Positions 36,500 to 49,300 of a stretch of 64,000 nucleotides of DNA are shown here, in pieces. Under the pieces are notes generated by a model. That model worked only from the letters and a program-made list of their open reading frames with translations, did not search any database and was not told the origin of the DNA. Source of the stretch: an uncultured virus (IMG/VR IMGVR_UViG_3300027668_000014) (lineage: Duplodnaviria; Heunggongvirae; Uroviricota; Caudoviricetes; Crassvirales); IMG/VR virus record IMGVR_UViG_3300027668_000014, one strand, 5' to 3'. How positions within the stretch are numbered: the first letter of the stretch is position 1; the number at the start of each line of letters is the position of its first letter. The translations under genes were made by a program, and so were the position numbers.

Positions 36500-37354
36500 T
36501 TATTTATTTTTTTCTACCATATCAACATCAAGCATACTATAGTAAACGCCATAGTAACCACTACTAGTAGTTGTCACCGCGTCACCTCTACCCATGCTTA
36601 ACAAGTCTTGAGCCATTGTTCCCGACCAAACCTGATCGTCACCTCTGTAGTTGAATGTGTATATTGGTATTCCAGACTTTGAAATTCCAGTTTTGTTTAT
36701 GTTTTCTTTTAATCGAATATCGGACATTGCGGCTCCTAAACCACTGGTAACAGCACCTGTAACGAACTGATCCATCTGCGCGTTCGCATTGTCTATTGCT
36801 TGGTCAGAGGCCATTTTTCTTTGCTGAGAGATATCTAGCATTTTACTCTGCTTGTCTAAATCAAACTGCTCTGTCATCCTATCACCTTCTCGTACTAGCA
36901 TGTCTCTTTTTTGCTCTCCTTCTCTATCCATAGTTTGCAATCTACTAGATTCACCCATAGCTCTAGCTTGGTTGGCTTTTTCCTGCCTACCTATATCCGC
37001 CGCGGCTCCCTTTGCTTGTTGTGCTCCTTGGTTTGCTAGCACTTGAGCTAGACCAGCTACACCACTACCACCAGCAGCACCTTTTAAGTTTTGCATTATA
37101 TTAGCAGCACTTTGTTGTGATTGTTCTTTAGCAAACTCTGCCGCCTTTAGATCTACAGTTTGGTCTTCATACACGTTCTCCATGTTGGCATAAGGATTTT
37201 TTACTCCAGCATAAGGGTTTTTCATTTTAGTGTCTTCCCAAGCGTCCATTTGGTTACCGAAGTCTTCGTTGGCCGCTCTTTGCTCTCTTCTTCTACCAGC
37301 ACCGCCAAAAAGAGCGCTAAGAAACTTAGCTGGAGATGAATTTTTATTTGCCAT
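36500..37354 (-). CDS. putative ejection/pilot protein with C-terminal S74-like autoproteolytic chaperone domain
   Basis: A/Q/G-rich helical body; SDIRLKENI...GIPIYTFNY...GTMAQDL...V.Y. Confidence 0.72.
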   Translation of the reverse strand: MANKNSSPAKFLSALFGGAGRRREQRAANEDFGNQMDAWEDTKMKNPYAGVKNPYANMENVYEDQTVDLKAAEFAKEQSQQSAANIMQNLKGAAGGSGVAGLAQVLANQGAQQAKGAAADIGRQEKANQARAMGESSRLQTMDREGEQKRDMLVREGDRMTEQFDLDKQSKMLDISQQRKMASDQAIDNANAQMDQFVTGAVTSGLGAAMSDIRLKENINKTGISKSGIPIYTFNYRGDDQVWSGTMAQDLLSMGRGDAVTTTSSGYYGVYYSMLDVDMVEKNK

Positions 37355-37379
37355 AATTTAAGTTTTTGTTTTATATTAA

Positions 37380-37389
37380 TATAGTCACA
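37380..37389 (-). promoter_or_regulatory. candidate phage-sigma promoter element TGTGACTATA
   Basis: Intergenic, 26 nt upstream of the ATG at 37354. Confidence 0.5.
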
Positions 37390-37408
37390 GTTTCAGCTAC
37401 TCTTTTAC

Positions 37409-39934
37409 TTACGCGCTAGTTAAGAATCTTTCTACGTCAAGATATATGATCTTACTAGTAGACAAATCGCCCTTCACAAAGTAGGAACCTGTTATTGTGA
37501 TAACTTTTGCAGCGCCAACAAAATGTACCGTAGAACCTTGTTGAATTGCTCTTGGCTCTGCCAACCCCAACGTACCGCTACCAGAAGCTCCTGATTTTGA
37601 AGTAACCAAAACCTTACCGCCTTGAACTCCGGCTATCATAACACTAGTACCAGGTATTATTCCATCCATCTCGCTAACAATAACCTCATCATTTTTGACC
37701 TTACTGGTATCGCTAGTGACTGTTGTTGAAATTAAATTTCCAGGTAGTATTTCAGCTCGAACATCTTTAAAGAAAGCTAAAAATCCAGCTCCAAGGGAAG
37801 TTATAGCTTCCTCGCCATAACCATAAATAGGAACACTAGAATCATCCTTAAAAGCTTCGACCTGTTGGTTGTTAAACGTAACGATTCCAGCTTGTGCTAT
37901 TATAGAACCAGCTTGGTTTAGTGTTGGTGGTCCGGTTGTTTCCACCGCTGGGATATATTGTTTTTTGTATTTTATTGTTTTTCTAACCTTTCCCCTTTGA
38001 CTCGACACAGCGTCTACCTCCTTAACGTCGTACTGTCCCTCTACTATGTAATCCTTTATCTCGCTATTAGCAGTGACGTTGCTGCCTAAAGGATCTAGTA
38101 TCATTCCCTGTGAAAGCCCAGCTACATTATTAATTGGCCACCTGTGGTATTTAGGCGCATCCACGTTAAGATCCTCACCGGGTATAACTACTGGTGATGA
38201 CCCAATGGTAACTTCTTTTATAATAGCGAAGTCCCCAATCGCTGGTTGACGATTTATAGCTATAGACTTCCCAGTCCCAGCTTGTATGGTTATTTCGAAA
38301 GGTGAACCACCTTCGTAACTACCTATGTTAATAGACGTAATACTAGCTCCCGTTGTAGTGCCAGGTCTTGGTAATAAATTCTGCCACACGCCTCCAGAGC
38401 CACTTAACGATGGGGCTACGCAAGACAGCGTGAGTTGTTTTGTAACGTTTTGAAATATTATCTTTTCAACCATACGGTGGTTTAGTGCTCCACTAAGGTT
38501 TACGTTTAAAGAACCGTCTTTATTTCTAACCTCTTTACCAAGTCTTAACTTTGTACCATCTTCAGCAAATAATCTAACCGTAAACGTGTGTAGCTTAGTT
38601 GCTACTCCAGAGAAATCAATATAACCAATATAACCGTTTGGACCAACGTTTAATCTTTCTGATCTACTGCTTCTTGCAACCCAACTATCGCTGTAAAAGT
38701 CATAATGATTTCCATCAGCATCACTAACCTCTACGGTGAAATATGCTTCGCTATTACCACTTACAACGTAACCTCTTCTAGCACCACCTGAGGGTATGTC
38801 AGACGTGTCTATAGATAACCCCTGTATAAGAAATTCTTTGTCTTGTTTTTTATCAAGTGTTTTCTTAGTCTCGTTTTTATACATGTCAGCGTTAGACATC
38901 AGTGAGCCGTCGGGCATAAAGTGAAAACCACGTGGAGCAACTTTAGTTCCATCACCACCAACTCTTGGAGAACCTAGAAGAATATCCCAATCACAGCAAT
39001 CAGTATTGTTTGGGTCAGGAAAACCTGTTCCAACGTCGCAGCCTGGATAACCTTGAGAGTAATTCATAGCATACCAACCGTAGTATGGTAAATTGGGATT
39101 ACTTTGATATTCTTGAGCGCAACCATAAGCCCATTTTATAGGCTTTTCGTCCGCTTGCAAAGGGGCATTGTAACCTGGACCAAGTTTAGCTGTAACACCA
39201 CCAGTTGCACCGGTACCAGTAGGCGTGTCACACTCACAACAATCTATGTTGTTAATTTGTGGGAAACCAAAAGCGTTTGGGCAACCATCATTTGTAACGT
39301 GGTAGAACAGTGGGTTGTTATATGGAAAAGCAGTTAAACCATAGAAAGGTTTGTGGTAACAACCGTAGTCCGATGAGTTAATGTCATTGCAAGTTTCCTG
39401 AGCACAACCTATTTTTTTAGGTGAGTTAACGTATGGTAAGATTGGCTCGCGTATTTCTTTTTTAGTTGTATACCCTGGCCCAACTTTACCCATGCCGCCT
39501 GTTATGATATCCCACATACAACAGTCTGTGTTATTGAGGCTCGGTTGCCCGTTACCACCATCGCACCCATCTGCTAGTGGATCGTAGTTGTAAGCATACC
39601 ACCCAAAATAAGGCAGGCTGGCGTCGCCTTGATACTCCTGGGCACATCCAAATCTTGTTTTACCTAATGGCTGATCAGCTGGGGCTAGCGGTCTTTGCAT
39701 TCCAGGCCCTAATTTAGGTAGGCCAACCACAGTGTCCCAATTACAACAACTTGTATTTGTTACCATAGCCACTCCACTACCGTTGTTACAACCAGGGTTT
39801 GAAGCTAGGTAATTAGTTGCTGTCCAACCAAAGTAAACTTGATTAGGGTCAGTTTGATACTGACGAGCACAACCAAACTCATTTTTTGATTTTGGTCTTG
39901 AAATACGTTTTCCTCCTGGAGATCTATAAGCCAT
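37409..39934 (-). CDS. structural protein with N-terminal Cys-rich repeats
   Basis: Four GCAxxY...GW.A.NY...GC...CCxWD units; HFMPDGSLM motif; beta-rich C-terminal half. Confidence 0.7.
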   Translation of the reverse strand: MAYRSPGGKRISRPKSKNEFGCARQYQTDPNQVYFGWTATNYLASNPGCNNGSGVAMVTNTSCCNWDTVVGLPKLGPGMQRPLAPADQPLGKTRFGCAQEYQGDASLPYFGWYAYNYDPLADGCDGGNGQPSLNNTDCCMWDIITGGMGKVGPGYTTKKEIREPILPYVNSPKKIGCAQETCNDINSSDYGCYHKPFYGLTAFPYNNPLFYHVTNDGCPNAFGFPQINNIDCCECDTPTGTGATGGVTAKLGPGYNAPLQADEKPIKWAYGCAQEYQSNPNLPYYGWYAMNYSQGYPGCDVGTGFPDPNNTDCCDWDILLGSPRVGGDGTKVAPRGFHFMPDGSLMSNADMYKNETKKTLDKKQDKEFLIQGLSIDTSDIPSGGARRGYVVSGNSEAYFTVEVSDADGNHYDFYSDSWVARSSRSERLNVGPNGYIGYIDFSGVATKLHTFTVRLFAEDGTKLRLGKEVRNKDGSLNVNLSGALNHRMVEKIIFQNVTKQLTLSCVAPSLSGSGGVWQNLLPRPGTTTGASITSINIGSYEGGSPFEITIQAGTGKSIAINRQPAIGDFAIIKEVTIGSSPVVIPGEDLNVDAPKYHRWPINNVAGLSQGMILDPLGSNVTANSEIKDYIVEGQYDVKEVDAVSSQRGKVRKTIKYKKQYIPAVETTGPPTLNQAGSIIAQAGIVTFNNQQVEAFKDDSSVPIYGYGEEAITSLGAGFLAFFKDVRAEILPGNLISTTVTSDTSKVKNDEVIVSEMDGIIPGTSVMIAGVQGGKVLVTSKSGASGSGTLGLAEPRAIQQGSTVHFVGAAKVITITGSYFVKGDLSTSKIIYLDVERFLTSA

Positions 39935-39945
39935 TTATTTTATTT

Positions 39946-40302
39946 TTATTTACTACTTTCTGAAACCTCTGAGCCAACTGAGTATAATTCTACCGGTCCT
40001 TTTGAACTGTTCACAAAGTTTGCGCTCAAGTAGTAACCTTTTAAACCAGATTTATTCACAACTTGATCTTTCGCAAACATTATATAGTCACCAGGAAGGG
40101 GTGGATCATACACGTTGTTTATATCGTCATACTCAACTGTAATGGTGTTACCGTCAATTTCAACAACAGCACCAAATAATCGCTTTGGCGCATTGGAAAA
40201 ATCAAACCCACCAGCAGTGCTGTAAATGGGGATATAGAATATCAAGTCCCCAACTTGAACAGAAATATTTATGTTAGTAAAGCTTATATCTAAGTGCTGC
40301 AT
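39946..40302 (-). CDS. putative tail protein
   Basis: 118 aa; NKSGLKGYY...ELYSVGSEVSESSK; follows the giant tail gene. Confidence 0.6.
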   Translation of the reverse strand: MQHLDISFTNINISVQVGDLIFYIPIYSTAGGFDFSNAPKRLFGAVVEIDGNTITVEYDDINNVYDPPLPGDYIMFAKDQVVNKSGLKGYYLSANFVNSSKGPVELYSVGSEVSESSK

Positions 40303-40320
40303 TTTTCTAGGTTTTAGTTT

Positions 40321-43300
40321 TTAATAAGTAAACGGTCCTTGCCATAAGTTATCTGCCATACCAACACTGTAATTTGAGCCGTTTGGATTATTTACGGTGC
40401 AAATAACTCCGAACTGAAATTCATAAGCAACGCCTTGTTTTATTGCAGGGTTGAAAATTTGCATTCCAGTGTTGTTCCACGCTGAATAAGTCTTTGTGAA
40501 TGCTTGGCCAGTTGCAGGTGGGTTAGATAGGTCTATTTGAAGGTAAGGAACGTCAAATCCACCAACTCCTACCTCTTTAACTTTTAGGTGAATTTCATAC
40601 CAATTTAGTCCAGTAGCTTGATTAACAACACTAAAGTCAAAACCTGAAGGGAAACTTGTTGTAATACTTATACCGAGGTATGTAACGCCGTTCACAACTC
40701 TTGTGCCTCCAGTTGTTGAGATGTTTACTCCTAAACCAATCAGTGGATCAGTGGTTATTGGAGATGGAAGCAAAGAACAATACTCACAAGTAGCAAGGCA
40801 GTTGGTGTTAGTGAAACCAGACCAGTTAAGAGCAAGATTGTCACCACATCCACCACAACAATTTCCACCAGTACCATTGGTTACTCCATTATCATCGACA
40901 CAAGGAATATTGTAGTTGGCATCGTAGTTGCAATCACTAGCAGTCATACAGCCTGTGTATTCACAAGAGCCGTCATCGCTATTAGCAGCTGGATCCCAAT
41001 TTTCCGCAGCAAATCCATTGAATGGACTGTTAGAAGTTTGATAAAGAGAGTTGTAGCAAGGGTGGTAGCTCGAGTAAGTTATACTACCATCAGTACAATA
41101 ACCATCATCAGTACAACCAGTCACAGCAGTAACACACGAACCATCATCTGTGTTCACTATCAATCCATTAGCTGGATCTATTCCACCAACTATAGGTCCA
41201 TTGACACCAGTACATGGTACTTGAGAGTTAGGGTTATTAGTTCCAGTGTTGTTCGGACCACACATGTAGTTGATCGCTAGTGGATCACTTAAACACCCAA
41301 CAACAGGTGTAGGTGGTGGTGTTAACGTTGTTATCTGTACTTGAGAAACCGTGTTTGAGTTTACAAAGTTGCTAGTAAGTATTGTGTTTGCCGGAACAGC
41401 GTCTACAGGATTGTTAGAGCAGAAAGTATCAACTGCAACACTGTATTCTGTATTTGGTGCTATTCCCGGCGCTCCCAATAGTATTCCATCAGCAAACTGA
41501 CCTAATGAAACAGTTATAGTAAAAGTACCATCACCATTGTCCGTTATAGCTGGATAGTTAGCATTGCTAACATTAAAGTCATATGGATTGTACGAAAAGC
41601 TTCCACCACCAGGGTTTGTTTGTAGCCCTATAGTATAAGGTGGTACCTCACTTGATTTACCCCATTGGATTTGAATATTATTTATACCACTATCACCTGG
41701 GCTCAATGGTCCTGGAGGTAGTATGTTTATACCAGCGGGTATTGACCAAGTTATGTCGAAAGAATCTAACTGAGGATTGTCAACGACCAACGTGCTTTGT
41801 AAGTCAGGGCAGTATAAACACGCGTCAAAGCTTCCGAGCGGGTCCTGCAAGTCAGCATAGTCATAGTTAAACGCCGTTGTATCTCCACAGTAAACACAAT
41901 TTGCTAGCGACTGAACTGTAGCGGTAGGATCGTAATTAATCGCAGGATAAGGCGGATATATACTATTATTTAATTGACCATCATCCATACAACCATCATA
42001 ACTACAAGTGCCATTATCCACAGTAGGACAAGGCGGTACGTATGTAATAGGTGTAAGAGACTGTGATCCAAGCCAAGAATTTATATCGTCTAGGTAACTG
42101 TTACTTGCACTTGGCCCAGGGTAAGGCTGCACTAAAGTAACGCTAAATGGATAGTTGTTATAAGGAGTGTAATTTGCCCAACAAGCCGTACTTGTGCGTA
42201 GCAGAGGGTCTCCGTTTGTTGTTAAAGCCAATAAACCTGCTGGTAGAGGAGCTCCAGCGTTATCAGCTCCTGACGACTCCGGGCAACCAGTGTAGTCACA
42301 TGATCCATCATCTATATTAGCTGAAGAGTTATAGTTTTGCACGTTTCCATTGTAAGTGTCCATGCACCCAGGTATAAACGGTATGCAATTGCCATCATCA
42401 CAAGTAGCCGATGCGTCATAGTTAAACATTGTAGAATCTGTACAACCATATATACAGTAAATACAAGAACCATCATCTGTATTGGCGATAGAATCAAAGT
42501 TCATAGCCCCAGTACACCCAAGTCCACAACCGTTTAATGTCATTAAGCCAGAGGTTGGGCCATCCGTACATCCCATCCAGATACAAGAACCATCATCTGT
42601 ATTCACGTTTGCGTTATAATTAAACGCGCCAGGAGTTGTACAACCATATACGAATGGAGCACAGTCGTCTGGATCGTTTGGAAAATCAGCCAAAGAATTA
42701 TAATTAAAGGCAAGTGGATCCATACAGCCAAATATAGCTGATTGAATAGGTGCCGCTAAACTGAAACCAATACCTTGATGAGCAAAATCACCACTATCAT
42801 AGTTTTCAGCAAGATACGAGGTTACATTTAGTTGTTCGCCTTGCATGTAGTTAAACCACTTTCCTTCTTTATTTATAAATTCAGCCATACTACCAGTATC
42901 TTGATCTGTTGTTATGTTATCAACAAACCAGCCATCTGAACTCGCGAGGTTGTGAAACACACCATCGTTTAGTAAACCACCTACATTAGGGTCAAATACT
43001 TGAGACACTTTAGATTGAGTACCTTCGTAATTTAATGTTTTAAACGATTTTATAGCCGCCGGAAACTCGTTGAAAATAACCTCAAAAGAAGATTTTTCAA
43101 ATACGTTATAGAAAGTGTTGTGCGAGATCGTGAGAGGATCCGCGTGGTGATGCCAAGCTAAACCGTTATTTATAGTGTAATACTCATTAGCGCAACTCAG
43201 AGCGTTTTCTGGCGTAAATGACTTAAAACTAACCCACCCTTTTGTGTCCTCCCTGTATGAAACCGTAGTTTGTGAAATTTGATTTTCAGCTACAACCGTA

Positions 43301-46300
43301 CCAGGGAACTGAAGAGTTACATTGTATTCTTCTTTTTTATCATCATAACTACCGTATATAGAGCTAGTCTTGCTTAGGTGGTCTCTAAACCAATCTTTCA
43401 TACCATAGGATGAAATTGGTGTTAACCCATCTTTAGACAACCTCATAACTGCTCCCCTAACTTTATCTGTGAAATACACTCGGTAAGACTCAGACGCGAA
43501 TGACTCTGGGTTTTTAGATATGCCATAGTCACCAGCGTAAGGTATAGCCTGCCCTAGTACCTTGTTAGAAGCTGTTAGGTTAGCGTTTCCGTCAGCATTG
43601 AACACAGCGTCTTTATCTGCTAGTATTTTTAAAATTCTATCTTCACAAAGCGTGATCAAATCACCATCAGCCGAAGATCTTGAGTGTAACTTTTGTATGC
43701 TACCGTATATAGGGTTTACATCTTTAGTGATCTTTTCCGCAGCAATAAATTGATTAGTATCGTTAATACCACTAACAGAGTTGTATATTCCAGAATATAT
43801 TAATCCATATTTTTTACGTTCCTCGTCATACTCTTCTAATGTTGTAGAAACAACAACACCGTTACTTATATACGGTTGGTTGTAATTGTCTCTAATCCTG
43901 TTAGATTCAACACCGTTACCCCAGGAGTAACAGTTGTGCCAATTTAATCTAACATTAGAAGTAAGTATGTTAGTGCTAAGAATCAAATGATCAGCAATTG
44001 GATAAGAGCTATTTTCGTACAAAAAGCCTTCAATTCCATAACCCATAATAGTGCCGTCAGGCATTGTAGCTTGCAACACGTCCCCAACCATCATACCTAC
44101 AGATGAACTTGAGGCGTCTGTCATGAAGGGATCTGAAACCTCAACAACGTTATCATAATTGTTCACCACGGATTGGTCGCTTGTAAACCAAGCTCCTTGA
44201 GCTGAAAGAAGGGTTCCAATAGGCAAAGCGGTGCGTATAGTAGTGTCGTTTAGAGCGACTGGTATAGGCGAACTTGCTGCGTAGTAAATATCTATATCAA
44301 CATCATCTTTTGGCTCCGTCTCCCACACCGCTGGGTCTGGTGGTAAGAACTCGCCCTCAACAAACTCTAGTGGCTCTTGAAATTTAAAAGTATAACCTAC
44401 AGCTCCAATGTGCTTCCCATACACGTTGGGCGTAGAATTTATTGAGTCAGCAGCATCTTGAGACATGCCATTCATACAGGCTTGTTGTAATTCAAGAGCG
44501 TCACCAACGTTAAAAGACGTTGGGAAATCAGAAGGTGCTAGCATCGAGTGGTAGCCAGTTATATAAGCTCTATTTCCATCGATATTTCTTATTAACAAAT
44601 TGCTATTAGTAATAGAAACATTTCCAACTTTTGTTATGATAAAATGCTGATGAGTTATATCGTAAGGTACAGCGTTATTAACACAGTAACCCCTAGTGTT
44701 GTCTATGTTAACCCAAGCATCAGAATAACCATTCCAAGTGCTTAAGAAGTTACTAGACCCACTATCTATTTTTATTTTCAATCCAGCCAAGTAAGTGACC
44801 GGATTATCAGTTGTACCCATATTGACACCACCTGGTATAGGCCCGTGATTTGTCTGGTCTGATAATGCGGTTGGATTCCAAGCGATAGCTTGACTTCCCG
44901 TGTCGTCAATAGTATTAAACCTAAAGGTTTTAGAGAAATTAGCTGGTCGTAATTCGTTTTCTGCAGTATTATAGTTGCTATCATTTACCGTACCATAACC
45001 TCCCCAACCAGCGTCGGAGTCACTGGTAGACCAAGTCCTAGTGCTAGTGCCATGCGCAGGGTTTCGTGTTCTTCGGAATGGATCAATGTCACCCACTATC
45101 TCTGTTATTATATTAGTAGGGTCTTCAGCCCATCTAAACCTCTTACCTTGAAATATCAAATCAGCAAACGCGTGTTGATTGTCATGATAGTCATTTGGCG
45201 CTGAACCACTCGTGATACCAGGAAGACTTTGTATATTAAAAAAACCGGGTACAGTATGCTCGGGTACAGAGCCACTAGCACCACCCAAAGAGTTATCGTA
45301 CCATTTTTGCATCTCAAATGTTAACGTGCCATTATTGCTAAAGATTGGCTCACCTTCCCAAGTTGTAGCGTATTTTACTCCATCCGCGCTTCTAGTTGCG
45401 TTAGGGTTGTCGTGTTGCCAACTCATTTGTGGGGACTGTGGGGACCAAACACCAGTAGCCGAAGGATGTGCTATTATACCACCCATTGCCAACTCATATC
45501 TACCGTAATTAGTAATACCTCCACCGTGACTACCAGCTGGTTTAACCGTCCAACCAGCTCCCGATGGTGATTGGTAAAAATCGTCATTGGATCTATTAGC
45601 ATAAAACTGTGAACCGTCTATATACCAAGTGCCATTAACGTCCCATTTATAACCGCCCATGCAATTACCGCTTAATGCTAAACCGGAGCCTATGCAATCA
45701 GTACCTGTATAATGATAGCCTGCCAACTTGTTTAATGTGTAAAAATTATTCCCAACCCATGAACCTGATGAATTGTACCAACCCCCACCAGTTGAGGTAT
45801 CAACGTAGTTTCCAGACCAAGGGTTACCATCAGGAACTTCTTGAGTAGTAGATGGGTGACCTTGTATAGGACCAACTGACGAGTATAAAGCTGTGTGTGC
45901 TGCGTTTCGCATGAGCATTGGCTGAAAGTAAGCCATGTATCTAGCCAATCTAGTTTCATCACCAGTTTCAGGGTGATTATACGAGTTAAAACTATATCCA
46001 CCCCACATAGATCTTAAAGGAGCCATTTTAGCCATGTAAGCAGCATTTGTGCCTAAATAAAAAACGTCTCTCACTTGAGTGTCTATATATTCAACGTTTC
46101 CGTCTTGTACTATCTTTATAGCCGCGTCAAAAACGTGGTCAATTAGTATTTTAACAAAAAACCTACCGTCAAATTGAGGTTTGTTTTCTACTTGGTATTT
46201 ATAAATCCTAACTTGTATGTTATCTATAATATTATCTGCGGCAGTTGGATTACTAGGAGTATTACATGTGAAGTTTATATCAGTGCCAAATCCTTTATCA

Positions 46301-49300
46301 GCTATTTTAACAAAAAAGTTATCTGCTTCATCTTGTGCTGAATCCCAATCAGCAGTTAGCTCTGCTATTCTATACCTTGAAGATGTTTCGCCAGTTTGGC
46401 TATTGTGAAAATCAACATATAGTTCAGCAGGACCATTAGCCTTATCCAAGACCTTGTCTAAGTTTCTACCAGTGCTTCCTGAAAACACATTCCAATTCAT
46501 AGTAAAGGTATTACTACCTTGAGCAGGGGAACCTTCCATTGTGGTTAATGAAAACAGCGGTTCGGTATTTGTTATCAGTGTTCCACTTCCATCATCCATT
46601 TTTTCCTTGTGTTTAGCGTCGGATATTAAAATCTTAGCGGTCTTTATGAAGTCTGGAGCCTCGTTTTCAATAGCCAATACTTTATACCTAGCCTTGTCCT
46701 TAACTAAAACCGATGAGCTAACGCCTTTTTTTAATATTAAAAAAGTGTCTATATCTATCTTATTCCTATCAGAAGAAGCGAATGCCAACCAAACGTTACC
46801 GTCCTCAGCATCGTAATACCTGTCCATAGCCATGTTATAGTACTCATTAGAAGTTTGTTTTATGTAAAACTTAAAATGAGTCATGTGTTGCGGTACTTTT
46901 GTCACGCCTCGTAAACCAACTTTTAACCTACTGTTATTCACGGAGCTCGACTTAGGAACTTTAAAAGAACCATTAGGATTTGTTAATACGGGTGTTTCTC
47001 TACCAAATTTATCTAAAAAAGTAACACCTAGTTGGTATTCTCTTAGTGTTTTTATGGATCTAATATCGTTAAGCTCATGAGAAACTAATGAGTGTTTAAA
47101 GCTAGGGGTAGCATTAACTTTATCCTTAGTGTTAGTATACAAGCTGTAATTTTGCAGGTAGTTACCATAGATAATCCTGTTGCCACTAACCTCTTGAGCT
47201 AGGGCTTTTCTAGGGACGTTATCCCAAGATCTTAACAGTTGATTTGACGGAAGTGCTGCTGATATGTTTTCCTCTGTAATAGTGTACTTGTTTTGGTCCC
47301 AGCTGCTAACGTAGTCAAGTATCGCTGAGTCCCATATAGTCTTGTCATCTTTAGGCCTAACTGATTCTATTAAGTACACTGTTGGTGAAGAATCATCTTT
47401 ATATAGTAAGTCAATTCTAGTTACATCTAAAGGGATGTCTTGTGTTATGAAGTTTTGTATATCTATAGACGCTGCTGCGTTTGTCATACCTAGGTTGTAG
47501 CCTTGGTTAGGCTCAAACGTATAACCGCCGGGTGAAAACCCAATTTCTGAAAAAGGTGAAAAAGTAGAGAGTTCACCATCTTCATATTGATAACGATACG
47601 CAAACCTAGGGAACTTAAACTCAAATATTTTTTCGCTTTTATCAAAGAGATCAATAACGTAGTTCAACGTACCACCATTTACAGCCGAGTCAGCCACAAG
47701 CGGTGTTGATTGAATTGCCACTATTTCTAACTTCATACCTATTACCCCACCAATATCCGACGTAGTAGGCGTGGTTATTCCAAAATTATTTCTTGACCAA
47801 GGTATTATTTTTGCTTTTATAACCCAGTTAACACCTAGCGGAAGTGATGGTTGTGTTGTTCCGTCAATATCACTACAATGCTTTATCACGACATCATAGT
47901 TAATATTATCATTCCATTCAAGTGGATAACCAGATCCACTCAAGGTATTGTTAAAACCATAACTCGATGGGTTGTTGAAAGGATACAAACCATCTACTCT
48001 TTCTTCTAACTTAATCCTGAAAGTATCTCCAACACCTAGTCCTGAAAAGTTATCTCTTGTGGATTGAGTTCCATTGTTATTAAGAAACGAACTATCAAGT
48101 GCAGATCCTGGCTCTTGGGTGTAAAAAATACCACTGTAGTTGAGGTCAGGCTCTCTACCGCTTTTAACCGTTATTGTAGGTGGAGACGTTGGCGCCTTTT
48201 TTATAACAGTAACGTGCTCTTCTCTAATGTCGATACCCGAAGAAAAAGTGATGTCTTCTGCTTTGTTTATAAGTCTAGTGTGATTATGTGCTGATGGAAT
48301 CGTTCCTTCTATTGATCTTGGTATGTTTATTTTTTTTGGCTCTGAAGAATTGTCTGTCCAAAATAACATGTCATCAACTATGTTTATACCTGTTATAAGG
48401 TTTTCGTCAGAGAACTTTAAAACACTATGGTCAAAATGTAAGTGTGTTACCAGGCTACTTGCTGGCAAACCGTCGCTAGGTGAAAAAGCAATATCGTCAA
48501 TAACTTGTCCAGTTACAGCATTGTACCAAGCAACTCCAACAGGCCTGTTACAGGTTATAACATGATGCTCTTTGGCTTCTCCACTGTGGTTCACCCAGTT
48601 AGTTATTAGGGTTTTACTTGTCACGTAGGTGTCTTCCTTAAAGAAATTTTGATATGGCTCATAGCCAAGGTATTCCGACCAAGGGTTAAACCCTATACCC
48701 TGAACACTGTCGCCAACTTTAACGTCAGCAGCATCATAGATATTTAGTTGAAACTTAGTGTTTACACCGGGATTAGGTCCACTCCAACTACCGTATCCCA
48801 TTCCATTGTTTCTAAAACCATACATCGCGTAACCACCTAAAACAGTATTACTAAAAGCATTACAAGCGGCGCTTGGGGTGCAAGTAGCTGTATTACCCAC
48901 TGAGTCCGTACCAGAAGCAAGTAAACTCTCGGCAGTTTCAGATTGAGAATCACCACCCGGCCTCCATATATTTACTATTAAACCAGCATCGTCTAAAAAA
49001 ACAGTTTCTATCTTGTAGTCGTATTCTTCATCAGGATTATGTAGCTCTGTAAGCCTATGTATTGTGTTTGTTCTTTTGACAGTGTACTCTTCAGAATCAA
49101 AAAACAAACTAGATTCGCCATTAAGACCATCTAGTGGGGGTGACCAGTAACTAGCGCTCCAAGGATTTCCTTGGCCTTGCTGGTTAACACCTCCCATAAC
49201 AGTCGTGCTTAATCCAATCGCCGAATCAGATCCAGTTGCTTCAAAGGCTGTTTTAAAAGAACCCTCTGTAGTGAACCAGTAAAAACAATCATTTTTTTCG

